Assembly (NCBI GenBank): GCA_963771885.1
Contig: CAVYVF010000022.1
Location: 32,001-96,000 of the forward strand
Direction of reading: 5' to 3'
Length of the DNA: 64,000 bases
DNA from: Candidatus Bathyarchaeota archaeon
GTDB taxonomy: Archaea > Thermoproteota > Bathyarchaeia > TCS64
The notes under the pieces are model-generated. The model made no database searches. It was not told the DNA's origin and saw only the letters and a list, made by a program, of their open reading frames with translations. This document shows, in pieces, positions 10,911 to 21,590 of the stretch (the first letter of the stretch is position 1; every line of letters begins with the position of its first letter). Made by a program: the position numbers and the translations under genes.

Positions 10911-11174
10911 GTGTCTACGTTCTCTGAAGCGTTCCAGGAGAAGTTCGGGCGGCGTGACTGCCCATTCATCTTCGACTGCAACGTAGAGATCACCAAGGAC
11001 TTCTTCAGCAGGGTCTGCAAGACACCAGCCTACCCCAATTGCCACCACTTTGCCAAGAGGGTGAATGAGCTCCATGTCCCAATGACTTGGCTACAGAGAC
11101 TAGCCGTAGACCAGGCTAAGGTAGTAGATGCGGCGGGGCCTGACGCCGAGATCGCCGACCCGGCGCAGAGGTAG
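10911..11174 (+). CDS. small Cys/His-rich hypothetical protein
   Basis: GTG start after AGGGG; CPFIFDC...C...PNCHH; TATA-like TTTAAA at 10869-10874. Confidence 0.6.
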   Translation: MSTFSEAFQEKFGRRDCPFIFDCNVEITKDFFSRVCKTPAYPNCHHFAKRVNELHVPMTWLQRLAVDQAKVVDAAGPDAEIADPAQR

Positions 11175-11180
11175 CCCCAG

Positions 11181-11864
11181 TTGGGGCGCGTCTTAGAACA
11201 CACCCCAGGCGTTTACTTCATAGAAGAAGGACCACAGAGGTTTCTAGCCACTAAAAATTTTGCCCCGGGGAGAAAGGTCTACGGCGAGGAGCTAGTCACA
11301 GTCGACGGGGTCGAGTACCGCCTCTGGAACCCGACACGTAGCAAGCTCGGCGCCGCTATAGTGCGTGGGCTCATCAAGAACCCGATAAAGCCCGGTGTCA
11401 AGGTGCTCTACCTCGGCGTCGCCTCGGGCACAACCTGTAGTCACGTCTCCGACATCATCGGCGACTCGGGACACGTCTGGGGGGTCGACTTCGCCCCGCG
11501 CCCCATCCGTGACCTAATCGACCACGTTGCGCGTTATCGGAAGAATATTACACCCATCCTCGGTGACGCCCGCCAACCGCAGGGCTACTCGCTGCAGGTC
11601 CCAAAGGTCGACACCATCTTCGCCGACGTCGCTCAGCCTGACCAGGCGGAGATTGTTGTCAAGAATGCCAAGCTCTACCTCAAGAAGGGTGGCTACGCCA
11701 TGCTCTCGATAAAGTCGAGGAGCGTCGACGTGGGCAGGCCACCCACAGAGATCTACAGAGAGCAGGTTGAGATATTGAAACGAGGGGGCTTCAACGTCGA
11801 GGAGCTTTTATCTCTCGACCCCTTCGAAGTCGATCACGCGCTGGCGCTCGCCAGCTTCGTCTGA
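11181..11864 (+). CDS. flpA: fibrillarin-like rRNA/tRNA 2'-O-methyltransferase
   Basis: [30 protein letters not shown]. Confidence 0.95.
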   Translation: MGRVLEHTPGVYFIEEGPQRFLATKNFAPGRKVYGEELVTVDGVEYRLWNPTRSKLGAAIVRGLIKNPIKPGVKVLYLGVASGTTCSHVSDIIGDSGHVWGVDFAPRPIRDLIDHVARYRKNITPILGDARQPQGYSLQVPKVDTIFADVAQPDQAEIVVKNAKLYLKKGGYAMLSIKSRSVDVGRPPTEIYREQVEILKRGGFNVEELLSLDPFEVDHALALASFV

Positions 11865-12502
11865 CTGACGATTAGGCGCGCCTTCTTCACGGGCTCCCAG
11901 CTACGCCGCACTATGTCGGGCCAACTCCTGTGCTCCCGGTACCAATCGTAGAGCCACTCCTGTGCTCTGTCGTCACTCGGATAGCCGGAATTGAAGTCAC
12001 CGTACTCCTCTCGGTACGAGGCGACGATGGAGTCTCTCCTTACCTTTGCGAGGATGGACGCGGCGGAGACGACTGGGTAGTTGAAGTCGGCCTTGTGCTC
12101 GCAAACAATACAGGGCTTCGAACGGAGGAGCCGCAGTATCGTCTCGCCATATCGTTCGTCGTCCACGTCGGAGGCGTCGACGTACGCCTTGTCGGGTGCA
12201 AGTCGCCTTAGAACATTCGCCATCGCCGCAGCCTCTAGGTAGTTCAGTCTCCTAAGCCTGACGCCCCTGTTCACGACGAGGTCTATGGCACGTGGCGGGA
12301 GCTCGAAGTAAGTGATCCCTGAAGCAAGTGCCTCTATTTCGGGGACTAACACCTCACGCTTACGGGCGGTGAGCTTCTTGGAGTCCTTCACGCCGAGGTC
12401 GACGAGTGCGGGTATTTTCTCCTCGTCGAAAGACGCGCCCGCGACGACGAGTGGGCCTATGAAGCAGCCCCTGCCCGCCTCGTCGATGCCGGCGACACGC
12501 AT
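11834..12502 (-). CDS. rnhB: ribonuclease HII
   Basis: [31 protein letters not shown]. Confidence 0.95.
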   Translation of the reverse strand: MRVAGIDEAGRGCFIGPLVVAGASFDEEKIPALVDLGVKDSKKLTARKREVLVPEIEALASGITYFELPPRAIDLVVNRGVRLRRLNYLEAAAMANVLRRLAPDKAYVDASDVDDERYGETILRLLRSKPCIVCEHKADFNYPVVSAASILAKVRRDSIVASYREEYGDFNSGYPSDDRAQEWLYDWYREHRSWPDIVRRSWEPVKKARLIVSQTKLASASA

Positions 12503-12605
12503 GGTCCAATGCATACGCGCGGCGCGATTAAAATGCTAGCCGGTTGTAGAGCTCGGCACGCGCAAATGATAAAAATGAATATAGAAGCCTACGAGTCTGC
12601 GCTGG

Positions 12606-14115
12606 CTACTCCTCATCCATCTTCTTGAGCTCGGTTATACCAAGCATCTCGAAGTCGAGGGGGAAGATTGGGCGCCTAATCTTCCTAAATTTGAACCCGG
12701 CGAGACGCGGCGACGTGAGGCCTGGCGTATCAAGTTCAATGATCTCCTTGGCGATAGGCTCGTGGCTGGCGCGGTAGTGGACACTCGACTTCACGACGAT
12801 GAACTTGGCGTCCGTCGGCTCGATGCCCTGGCTCCTGTATAGCTCGAGGTCAAGGGGCTGAAGCCGCTTCGTGGTGACTATGAGGTCGTTGCCCGCGACG
12901 CGTAGGATGGCGGTGAGTCCCATGTCGGTCTCCGAGCCGGTGCCCATAGGGCCCTTCACTAGCCAGAAACCGTCGCTGACGCGCTTAACGAGCGCCTTGA
13001 CCTTTAGTGGCTTGCCGTGCAGCTTATCCGTGTGCCCTCCGAGGCTGACCTCAATCTCCTTCCCAGGGCCTGCCTTCGCCGCCTTAGTTGCGGCGGCGGG
13101 GTCCCAGATGACGCCGAAGACGCCGCCCGTCAGCCCCTCATCGAGCACCGCTTTGAGGACGAATGTGCCGTCACAAGGCGTGCCGCCGCCAGGGTTGTCA
13201 CCAATGTCAGCGAGGACGATCGGTTTCTCCTTTGCAGCCTTTACGCGCCTGAGGGCGTCCCTAACGGGCATCGGCTTGACGAGGAAGTCTCTCCTGATGC
13301 TCCAAGCGAGGTCGCTCAACTCCCCAGCGAGGGCGTCGGCTAGCTTCTGATCATTATTCGTGATGGCGATGAAGCTCATGCCCGCCTCCTTTATGTCGCT
13401 CCAGGGGAAACCTGCGGCAACTGTTACTGCCTCAACGCCGGGCATCTGCTCCATTATATGCGCCTCCTCGAGGAGCCTCGTCATAGGGTACTTCCCCGTG
13501 AACTGGGCCTGGAGCGCGGGGAGCATGGGCGGCTGGCGGAGAGCGCGCGTTGGCTTTAACTTGCCGTCGAGCATCTTGGCGAGAAGGTCGACGGACTCGA
13601 CGGCACGCTCATACTCGTCGATGTGGGGGTAGGTGTCGTATCCGACGAGGATGTCGGCCTCTCTCACCATTTTTTCCGTATAGTTGGCGTGGAGGTCGAA
13701 GCTGGCGACAAGCGGTTTCTTGCCGATGAGTTTACGGATTGCATCCCAGGACATCGCCCTCAACGTCGTCGTGCCCCTCGGCGACTGCTGCGCCGTGTAG
13801 GTGGACGGCGACCGCGTCGTAGTTCTTCGCGGCCTTGATGCCGTCAAGCATGCCACCGAGGATGTGCTCGTAAGCCTCCTTTGTAATCATCCCGCTAGGC
13901 GTCGCTGAGGCGTGGACCGTCTCGACGAACTCGAAGCCATACTTTTCGCAGCCGTCGATCAGGCCGCCAGCCGCAGTCTTCGTCCCCCTGAAGTGTGTAG
14001 GAATCTCGTCGCCGGTGAAAAGGTGCCTCTTCCTAAACTCGGAGAGGTCCGTCTTAATATTAGATAACACGTTGGTCTCGTGGCTGAAAGTCCCGAGGAC
14101 TATCCTCTTTGTCAT
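12606..14115 (-). CDS. M81/MlrC family metallopeptidase (frameshift at ~13750)
   Basis: HETN, LHGAA, DLHAN, TYPHID, DNPGGG, VKSSVHYRA. Confidence 0.88.
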
Positions 14116-14145
14116 GATTGAGGAATGCGGTACGCGGTGAAAATA

Positions 14146-14715
14146 CTAGCGGTCCTTGAAGAAATTACGGAGGTCGATGCCTACCTCGGATTTGTCCTTC
14201 GCCGATGGAAGGATGCCCTCTTGTAGGAGCAGCTTCCTCTTCCACTCAAGGCCGCCACTGAATCCACCGATGCCGCCGTTCCCCCAGACGACCCTATGGC
14301 AGGGAACGATGAGACCCATGGGGTTGTCCCCGACGGCGTTTCCGACGGCGCGCACCGCCTTTGGGCGCCCGATCTGCTCAGCTATGCCGCCATAACTCGT
14401 CAGCTTCCCATAAGGGATGCTGTAGATAGCCTTCCAGACGTCGACCTGGAAGGGTGTGCCACGCATGTCGAAGGGGCCTTTGAACACGAACTTTTCGCCA
14501 CGGAAGTACCTGTCGAGCTCAGCCTTGAGCGCCTTGAACCTGCTCGGGTCCTCGACGTACTCGGCCTTGATGCGTGCCTTGAGCTCCTTCATGAAGCCCT
14601 CCTTGTTGTTGGACATGTTGAACTGCACGATGCCCTTCTCGGAGGCGGCCGCCCACATGACGCCGAGGGGCGTCTCCAAGCCTGCGTAGTATATCTTCTC
14701 CAACCAACTCACCAT
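14146..14715 (-). CDS. ogt: methylated-DNA--protein-cysteine methyltransferase
   Basis: GTPFQ, IPYG, RAVGNA, VPCHRV. Confidence 0.93.
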   Translation of the reverse strand: MVSWLEKIYYAGLETPLGVMWAAASEKGIVQFNMSNNKEGFMKELKARIKAEYVEDPSRFKALKAELDRYFRGEKFVFKGPFDMRGTPFQVDVWKAIYSIPYGKLTSYGGIAEQIGRPKAVRAVGNAVGDNPMGLIVPCHRVVWGNGGIGGFSGGLEWKRKLLLQEGILPSAKDKSEVGIDLRNFFKDR

Positions 14716-14781
14716 CCTTATACCCGGGTTCCCCTACAGTTGTCTAAACCCCTATACTCCGATAAAACCATAGGTGTAAAA

Positions 14782-15370
14782 GTGTTGACCCGTCAAACGC
14801 TGGTTCTCGCCTCGACTTCGCCCCGGAGGATTAGCCTGCTTAGGGATCTGGGGATAACCTTTGAGGCAGTGGACCCGGGCAATGCGGAGAACAGCACATC
14901 GAGCGACCCTACGACCCACGTCAAGGATCACGCCTTATCAAAGGCAAAGGCAGTCGCAGAAAAACACCAGGACAGGCTAGTTCTTGCCGCCGACACGATC
15001 GTGGTCCTAGACGGAAGAATAATCGAGAAGCCTAGAGAGCGTAGACGAGGCGAAGCAAATGCTACACACTCTCTGTGGGAGGACACACACGGTGATCTCT
15101 GCCGTAGCGCTCGTCGAGAAGGGAAGAGGCTACACCGACCTCCGCACCGAGGAGACGAGGGTGACTATGAAGCGACTGAGCGACGTGGAAATCGACGCCT
15201 ACGTCGCTACGGGCGAGCCAATGGATAAAGCGGGAGCCTACGCGGCACAGGGCGTCGGAGCATTCATAATCGAGAGGGTTGAGGGGGACTTCTATAACGT
15301 CGTAGGTCTGCCGCTGAGCCTCCTCTATGACATGCTCAGGGACGCTGGCTTCCCGGTATTGTCTATATAA
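14782..15370 (+). CDS. maf: Maf nucleotide pyrophosphatase (frameshift at ~15040)
   Basis: LVLASTSPRR, AADTIV, DKAGAY, VVGLP. Confidence 0.9.
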
Positions 15371-15430
15371 CCACCATATTCTATATAGATTATCCTTAAA
15401 TTATATACCGAAATCCGCTTTAGGAGGAAC

Positions 15431-16511
15431 TTGGGCTCCAAAGTCGGGAACGTGGCGGGCTCACTCGTCTCCCTATACTTCTTCATCTCGGCCATAATGC
15501 TGATCAAGGATTCGGCCGGCCTGATGACAGAGTTCCTCGCGGAGAACATCGTCCTCGTGATAAGGGATACGACGAGCGGCGTCTTCGCAGGCTGGATAGG
15601 CACGGCGCTCCTCCACAGCAGCGGCGCCTTCGACTCCATAGTAGTCGCCTTCGTCTCATCGGGCGCCATGCCACTCTCCCTCGCCGTCGCCACCCTAATA
15701 GGGGCGGAGCTGGGCACTACTGTGACCCCCTTCCTAATCTCCGTCCTCAATCAGGTCAGGAAGAGGAAGCACCAGGATGCGGCGTTCAACGTGACGCTGA
15801 CTCACGTCCTCTACAATCTCTGTGCACTCGCCATATTCTACCCGCTTGAGCTATTCTTCGGGTCACTCACATGGGTTGCGACCCAGGGTGAGAAACATCT
15901 TCGTCAAGGCGCCCTGGCTCGATGCGGTCCCAGATATACTTGATGTCATTACACCGTGGGTTCCAGTCGTCCTCGGCGCCATCCCTCCGTGGGCGGGCAT
16001 CATCATCGGGGCGGTCATGCTAATTGTTGCCCTCAACGGCGTCGAGAGGTACATGACTGAGATATTCAACATGCCCCGAAGCTGGAACCTGATTCGAGCC
16101 ACTTTTCAGAAGCCATACCGCGCTTTTCTCGCCGGATTCATATTCACACTGTTGATACCCAGCACGACCGTTATGGTCTCACTGCTCGTGCCACTGGCGA
16201 CGAGCGGCGTAATCGGGGCGGAGTTCTACATTCTACCCTACATTCTGGGGGCTAACATCGGCACTGTCTTCGACGTCATGATAGCAGCCATGGCGACCGG
16301 CGACCCACTTGCGCTCGGAGTCTGGCTCGTACACCTGACCGTCAACTTAGTCGGGGCACTAATCTTCCTCCCACTGATGAAGCCGTTCAGCAAGGTTGTG
16401 AAGGCCACAGCGGACAAGGTTGCCGCCTCACCTAGGCTGACACTCGTAGTCACCGCGATATTCCACATTATACCGGCGATAATAATTGCGTTCTACGTTC
16501 TAACTGGGTAG
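15431..16511 (+). CDS. Na+/Pi cotransporter family membrane protein (frameshift at ~15890)
   Basis: Two internal repeats, LLHSSGA..IGAELGTTVT and IPSTT..LGANIGTV; hydrophobic. Confidence 0.8.
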
Positions 16512-16561
16512 AAAATGATGAAAGATTGATAAACTGAACGATGAAAGGATAGTGGGATAGG

Positions 16562-17233
16562 TTGTCAAGAAAGCTCTTCGGATGGTTTGCCCCGAGCCGC
16601 GGGGAAGATGTACTAGGGATGGCTGAGAAGCACCTCGAGCTGACGAAGAACGCGGTCAGGGAGCTCTACAGCATGGTGGACTCCGCCGCCAAGTGCGACC
16701 GCGAGGGATGCGTGAAGCACTACATGAGCGTCAGCAGGATGGAGATGGAGGCAGACGACCTCAGGAGGAAGATGGTAGACGCCCTCACGAAGAGCGAGAT
16801 GTTCCCCGAGGAGCGCGATGACCTCATGGAGCTAGTACGCGCCGTAGACTGGATCGCCGACTGGAGCAAGGAGGCGGGGCGCATCCTGAACGTCATCCAA
16901 CTTGATAAGGCTCCGCCGGAGATGAGGGAAGCGGCCCTCAACATGGTCAAGGCAGACGCAGACTGCGTCGCCGTTCTAGAGGAGTGCCTCAAGAAGGCTT
17001 ACGAGGATCCCAAGGAGGCAGTCAACCTCGCCAACAAGGTCGAAATGCTCGAGGAGGATACAGACGAGCTTTACAGCCAGGCAAGGAAGCACCTCGCCAC
17101 ACTGGAATTCAAGGGGTGGACAGTAGGCTCAATGATCCTGCTGAACGAGTTCCTCGACGCCCTTGAGACGATTGCGGATTGGTGCGAGAACACCGCCGAC
17201 ATAGTCAGAGCTATCTCGGTTCGTAGTCGCTAA
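16562..17233 (+). CDS. DUF47 family phosphate transport regulator
   Basis: EMEADDLRR, PEERDDL, LEEDTD, ETIADWCENTAD. Confidence 0.88.
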   Translation: MSRKLFGWFAPSRGEDVLGMAEKHLELTKNAVRELYSMVDSAAKCDREGCVKHYMSVSRMEMEADDLRRKMVDALTKSEMFPEERDDLMELVRAVDWIADWSKEAGRILNVIQLDKAPPEMREAALNMVKADADCVAVLEECLKKAYEDPKEAVNLANKVEMLEEDTDELYSQARKHLATLEFKGWTVGSMILLNEFLDALETIADWCENTADIVRAISVRSR

Positions 17234-17275
17234 AAACGAAGGATTCTACGGGTTTTACCGGTTAGACCGGTTGTC

Positions 17276-17464
17276 TTACGGCTCTACCGTGATGGCCTGT
17301 GTTGGGCAGCTGTTCACGCATGCCATGCATGCAATGCAGTCGGACGCCCGAGTGGGCTCCGACTTTTTGTCTACCATATCGTAGACGTTCATTGGGCAGA
17401 CGTCGACGCATGTGCCCTCTCCATCACACTTGGCCTTGTCCACTGTGACTGTAGGCATATTCAC
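17276..17464 (-). CDS. dicluster ferredoxin
   Basis: CDGEGTCVDVCP and CIACMACVNSCP. Confidence 0.9.
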   Translation of the reverse strand: MNMPTVTVDKAKCDGEGTCVDVCPMNVYDMVDKKSEPTRASDCIACMACVNSCPTQAITVEP

Positions 17465-17521
17465 ACCTCTCCTAACCGAGGGGTCGAGGCTTTAAAACCA
17501 TTTCCTTGAGTGCTCGAGACG

Positions 17522-18484
17522 CTACGTGACTCTGTTCCTAGGTTCACGCCCCTCTAAGACGTCGATGACGCCCTGCGCTACCTGGGTGGCCATCCTCCGC
17601 ATCGCCTCGAGACTACTCGCCCCAAGATGAGGCGTTAAAACAACGTTGTCAATGCCGAGGAGCGGATTATCTGGCTTTAAAGGCTCGACCTCGAAGACGT
17701 CGAGTGCCGCGGCGGAGATATGTCCACTTCTCAGCGCCTCTATCAGTGCGGCCTCATCTATTATGCGACCCCTCGCAGTATTGACTATCATTGACCCACG
17801 TTTCATCAGGGACAGCTCCTTTGCACCAATAGTGTGGTGGGTCTCAGCCGTGCCGGGTAAGTGCAGGCTTATGATATCGCTCCGGGTGAGGAGGGAGGGG
17901 AGTTCAGCCCACTCTACGCCAATTTCTCTTTCGATATCCGGGTGTCGGCTCCGACTCCAGTAGAGGAGCCTAAGGTCGAAAGGCTTCAGCCGTCTAGCTG
18001 TCGCAGCGGCTATCCGCCCCATACCGACGAGACCCACTGTCTTCCCAGCCAGCTCCACGCCAATGAGGTCGCTATACTTACGTGCCCATGCCCCTGCGCG
18101 AACCGCCTTGTCGGCGGAGGCTACCCTTCGCGTCATCGAGAGCATCATCGCGACCGCCATCTCGGAGACCGTCACCGTTAAGGCGTCAGGTGTGTTGAGG
18201 ACTACCTTGCCCAAATCGCGAGCGGCTGCTAGGTCAACGTGGTCACAGCCTATGCCGTGGACGCCTACTACACGCAATCGGGGACTAGCCGTCATGATCT
18301 CGCGTGTGACTTTAACGCCGCCACGGGTGATCAGACCATCGGCCTCAGGCGCCACTCGAAAAAGCTCGCCCTCACCCACCCCCGGGAGGAGGGAAACAAC
18401 CTTGACGCCTCGACTCGCGAGGAGGCTAACTCCGGCTTCGTTTATAGGCTCCGTGACGACTACCGTCCACGGTGGTTTAGACAT
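17522..18484 (-). CDS. D-2-hydroxyacid dehydrogenase (SerA/glyoxylate reductase family)
   Basis: GIGCDHVD, GLVGMGRIA, NTARG, LDVFEVEP, TPHLGAS. Confidence 0.9.
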   Translation of the reverse strand: MSKPPWTVVVTEPINEAGVSLLASRGVKVVSLLPGVGEGELFRVAPEADGLITRGGVKVTREIMTASPRLRVVGVHGIGCDHVDLAAARDLGKVVLNTPDALTVTVSEMAVAMMLSMTRRVASADKAVRAGAWARKYSDLIGVELAGKTVGLVGMGRIAAATARRLKPFDLRLLYWSRSRHPDIEREIGVEWAELPSLLTRSDIISLHLPGTAETHHTIGAKELSLMKRGSMIVNTARGRIIDEAALIEALRSGHISAAALDVFEVEPLKPDNPLLGIDNVVLTPHLGASSLEAMRRMATQVAQGVIDVLEGREPRNRVT

Positions 18485-18514
18485 CGATGAAAAGTAGGCG
18501 ATTGTGGTTAAGAA

Positions 18515-19675
18515 TTAGTCGCGTCCACGTCCCCTGCGGGAGACCTTGAAGGGCTCGTGCTTCGCCTGCTTCAGCATCTTTTCCAATGCCGCGACGAGTC
18601 CGTCGAAGGTCTTCACGAGGTCGTACCCCTCGTTCGAGGTCTGGAATTGCTCACGCGGTGTATGGACACGCACCGTCATCTCGTACCGCCCCTTCTCACC
18701 GCCCTTCTCTGCCTTCTTTACCACCACTTGTACGTTGTCAATGTCGGGGTGCAGCTTCAGGCCAAGACTGACCGCCTTCTTCACCTTCTCTTCGGCGAGG
18801 CTCTTCTCGAGGAACTCCTCATTGGTGAGCCCGACGATGGAAATGGGTAGCTCGGGCTCGCCTTCGGGCTCGGCTATTAGCTGGAGCAGTTCCTTAGGGG
18901 TTATTATGCCGTATACGCCTCCCTTCTCGTCGATGATCAACGCGGCGCTCTTCTCATGGTCGCGAAGGCCCTTAGCGACGTCGAGGGCGGTCGCGTCGGG
19001 GCTGAATGTCAGTGGGTGCTCATCCATAAGCCCCTCCACGGTTCCGGGGTACTTTGATATCTTCTGACCCGCCCTCTCGCCGGTCTTAGCCCTGCCGATC
19101 CCCGCTGAGAAGTGCTTAACGATGTCCTGAGCAGTTACTATGCCGACGAGCTTCTCTTCCTTCACAATTGGTACGTGGCTGAAACCTCTATCCAGCATCA
19201 GCTTCCTCGCCTCGGCGACCTTTGCGAAGACGCCCAACACAACAGGCGGTATTTTGGCGATGTCCCTCGCAGGCGTCTTCTTCAGCTCGTTGCAGTCGGC
19301 TAGGGCTCCAACGATGTCGACCTGAGAGATTATTCCTATGGGCTTCATACTCTCGACGACGGGGAGCGCCCTTGCGTTAATCCTCACGAGCTCGGTCGCG
19401 ACGCCTCCGACCCAGCTGTCCGAAGTGACTGGCGTCCAGTGGCTCTTCCAGAGTTTCTCGACCTTCGTCTGCTCAAGTTGCTCGGCATTCAGGAGATCGC
19501 GTATAGTTACCATGCCGATCTTGCCGCCGCCCACGACAAGGGCCTCGTAGCGGCCAGTCTTCTCTAGCTCCCCCTTGACCTTGCTCGCGGAGTCCTCGGG
19601 AGTGAAGACGCTGAAACGCCTCTCTATGAGCTCAGATATCTCGGTCTGTGACAGTTCGTCGATGGTGTTCGCCAT
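18515..19675 (-). CDS. 4xCBS domain protein with C-terminal HPF/RaiA-like domain
   Basis: Four CBS repeats (GMVTIRDL, GIISQVDI, GIVTAQDI, GIITPKEL); C-terminal beta-alpha-beta3-alpha region ending EGYDLVKTFDGLVAALEKML. Confidence 0.8.
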   Translation of the reverse strand: MANTIDELSQTEISELIERRFSVFTPEDSASKVKGELEKTGRYEALVVGGGKIGMVTIRDLLNAEQLEQTKVEKLWKSHWTPVTSDSWVGGVATELVRINARALPVVESMKPIGIISQVDIVGALADCNELKKTPARDIAKIPPVVLGVFAKVAEARKLMLDRGFSHVPIVKEEKLVGIVTAQDIVKHFSAGIGRAKTGERAGQKISKYPGTVEGLMDEHPLTFSPDATALDVAKGLRDHEKSAALIIDEKGGVYGIITPKELLQLIAEPEGEPELPISIVGLTNEEFLEKSLAEEKVKKAVSLGLKLHPDIDNVQVVVKKAEKGGEKGRYEMTVRVHTPREQFQTSNEGYDLVKTFDGLVAALEKMLKQAKHEPFKVSRRGRGRD

Positions 19676-19774
19676 GTATAGAACCTCATTAATCGATCAT
19701 GATTTGTTGGTATAAATAGTCTCACCCGCTGGAAACCTTATAGGAGGGCTTGGGAACCCTAAACGGAGCATTCC

Positions 19775-20554
19775 GTGTGCACGTTGATAGCCCTCCTCGG
19801 GTTCCTTGAGGACTACCCGGTGATGGTTCTACACAACAGGTATCTGAACCGGGGCACACTGGAGGAAGCGCCGCGGTTCTTCCGTGGGGCGCGCAGAATC
19901 TACGCGCCTTATGACGTCGCCTCCAAGGGGACGTGGATAGGTTTCAACGATTCAGGTCTACTCGTCGCTGTGACGAACCAGGAGACCGAGATGCTTGAGA
20001 AGCCAGCGCGGAGCAGGGGGCTGCTCGCCATGGATCTGCTCGACGGCTGCGACTCCGCCGACGAAGCGAAGGGGCTGCTCACCGATCCCGATGCCCGATT
20101 GGACTACCGGCGGGGGAACTTCCTCGTCGCGGACGCGGACTCCGCATGGCACATCGTCTGGGACAGAGAGACGGACGTCCACCGCCTCGACTATGGCGGT
20201 CATACAATAACGACGCTCACCCTCTTCCACAGTATGGACTGGAGTGAAAGGGCGGAGAAGATGTGGGAGAACGCTGAGAGGCGGAGGATAAGGGCGCTTC
20301 AGTTCCTGGACAACCAACAGCCCGGGGACATCGAAGGACTGACGGCAATGCTAAAGGAGATGGGTGCTGACCACGGCGCGGAGAAAGGGCCGGGCTCCAT
20401 CTGCTACCACTATCCTACCGGGGAGTACGTGCAGACGAGCTCGACGATAATTTCTATAGGTGCGGACGTCTCTGAGTCGAGGATTCAATACTGCCCGGGT
20501 AATCCCTGCGAAAACAACTACGTTGATTACTCGGGGATAGTTGAAAAAGTTTAG
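19775..20554 (+). CDS. NRDE/TANGO2 family Ntn-hydrolase
   Basis: N-terminal MCTL, HNRY, GTWIGFN, VTN, SRGLL, TSSTII. Confidence 0.85.
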   Translation: MCTLIALLGFLEDYPVMVLHNRYLNRGTLEEAPRFFRGARRIYAPYDVASKGTWIGFNDSGLLVAVTNQETEMLEKPARSRGLLAMDLLDGCDSADEAKGLLTDPDARLDYRRGNFLVADADSAWHIVWDRETDVHRLDYGGHTITTLTLFHSMDWSERAEKMWENAERRRIRALQFLDNQQPGDIEGLTAMLKEMGADHGAEKGPGSICYHYPTGEYVQTSSTIISIGADVSESRIQYCPGNPCENNYVDYSGIVEKV

Positions 20555-21534
20555 TTGGGGAGTTCTGTGCCGATCTTCTTCTTGACGGCGAGTTCGTAGA
20601 CCTTTGCACCGGTGCCGACGTCTTCTATGGCGAGGCCGGTCGCCTTGAAGAGGGTGATCTCGTCGGGGGATGTGCGCCCCTTCTTCTGCCCGGAGACTAT
20701 CTCACCCATCTCGGCGTAGATGTCCTTCTCCGTGATCGCGCCTTCCTCCTTCGGCTTTGCGAAGTCGCCTACGACGAATGCCTGCGGGGTAAAGTCGACG
20801 ACTAGCTTGTTCGCCTTCTTGATCACGCTGGTTTCTAACTCCCTCTTCGCCGCGACATCCGCGCCTATAGCGGAGACGTGGGCGCCTTTCTTCAGCCACT
20901 CACCCTTGATGAAGGGGGTGGTGCTAGGCGTGCAGGTGATAACGATGTCGCTACCCTTCGTCGCCTCCTCAGCCGACTTAGCGGCGACGAAGTCAACGCC
21001 CGGGTACATAGCCTTCATGTCCTTGATGAATGGCGGTACCGCCTCGGGAAGGATGTCAAATATCTTGACCTTAGTTATCTTAGGGCGGACGAGCATGAGT
21101 CCCATTATCTGGCTCCTACCCTGGACGCCGAGGCCGCAGAGACCGACCTCCTTGGCGTCCTCGCGTGAGAGGTACTTTATCCCAACTGCGCCAGCGGCGC
21201 CGGTGCGGACGGCTGTGACGTATGTCCCGTCCATGATGGCAAGTGGCGTGCCGTTCTCGACGCTGTTGATGACGATCTTCGCCTGCACTGCGGGGAGGTT
21301 GTAGTCCTTCTTGTTGCCGGGGTGGACGGTGACGAGCTTCGTGCCCGCTGCGTTGAGGTTGGGCATGTAGGCAGGCATAGCGATGAGGACGCCCTTTGGG
21401 AAGTGTAGATAGACCCTCGGAGGCATCTCGATCGCCTTGTTACCCATCTCCCGGAAGCCGTCCTCGACGGCCTCTAGGGCGCTTTTCATGTCAAGAACCT
21501 TCTTGACCTCGTCCTGTGTGAGGTAAAGAACCAT
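20551..21534 (-). CDS. ornithine cyclodeaminase/mu-crystallin family, probably archaeal alanine dehydrogenase
   Basis: AMPAY, KLVTVHPGN, TAVRTGAAG, AIGAD, FKATGLAIED. Confidence 0.85.
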   Translation of the reverse strand: MVLYLTQDEVKKVLDMKSALEAVEDGFREMGNKAIEMPPRVYLHFPKGVLIAMPAYMPNLNAAGTKLVTVHPGNKKDYNLPAVQAKIVINSVENGTPLAIMDGTYVTAVRTGAAGAVGIKYLSREDAKEVGLCGLGVQGRSQIMGLMLVRPKITKVKIFDILPEAVPPFIKDMKAMYPGVDFVAAKSAEEATKGSDIVITCTPSTTPFIKGEWLKKGAHVSAIGADVAAKRELETSVIKKANKLVVDFTPQAFVVGDFAKPKEEGAITEKDIYAEMGEIVSGQKKGRTSPDEITLFKATGLAIEDVGTGAKVYELAVKKKIGTELPN

Positions 21535-21590
21535 GGTTATCTCCTAGGGGATAGGGAACCGGATGCCGTATTAACGATTTTCCACGGCGC

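Noticed and set aside
16512..16560. C/D box sRNA (ATGATGA-12nt-CTGA-ACGATGA)
   Set aside because: No terminal D box (CTGA), and the segment coincides with the likely DUF47 promoter
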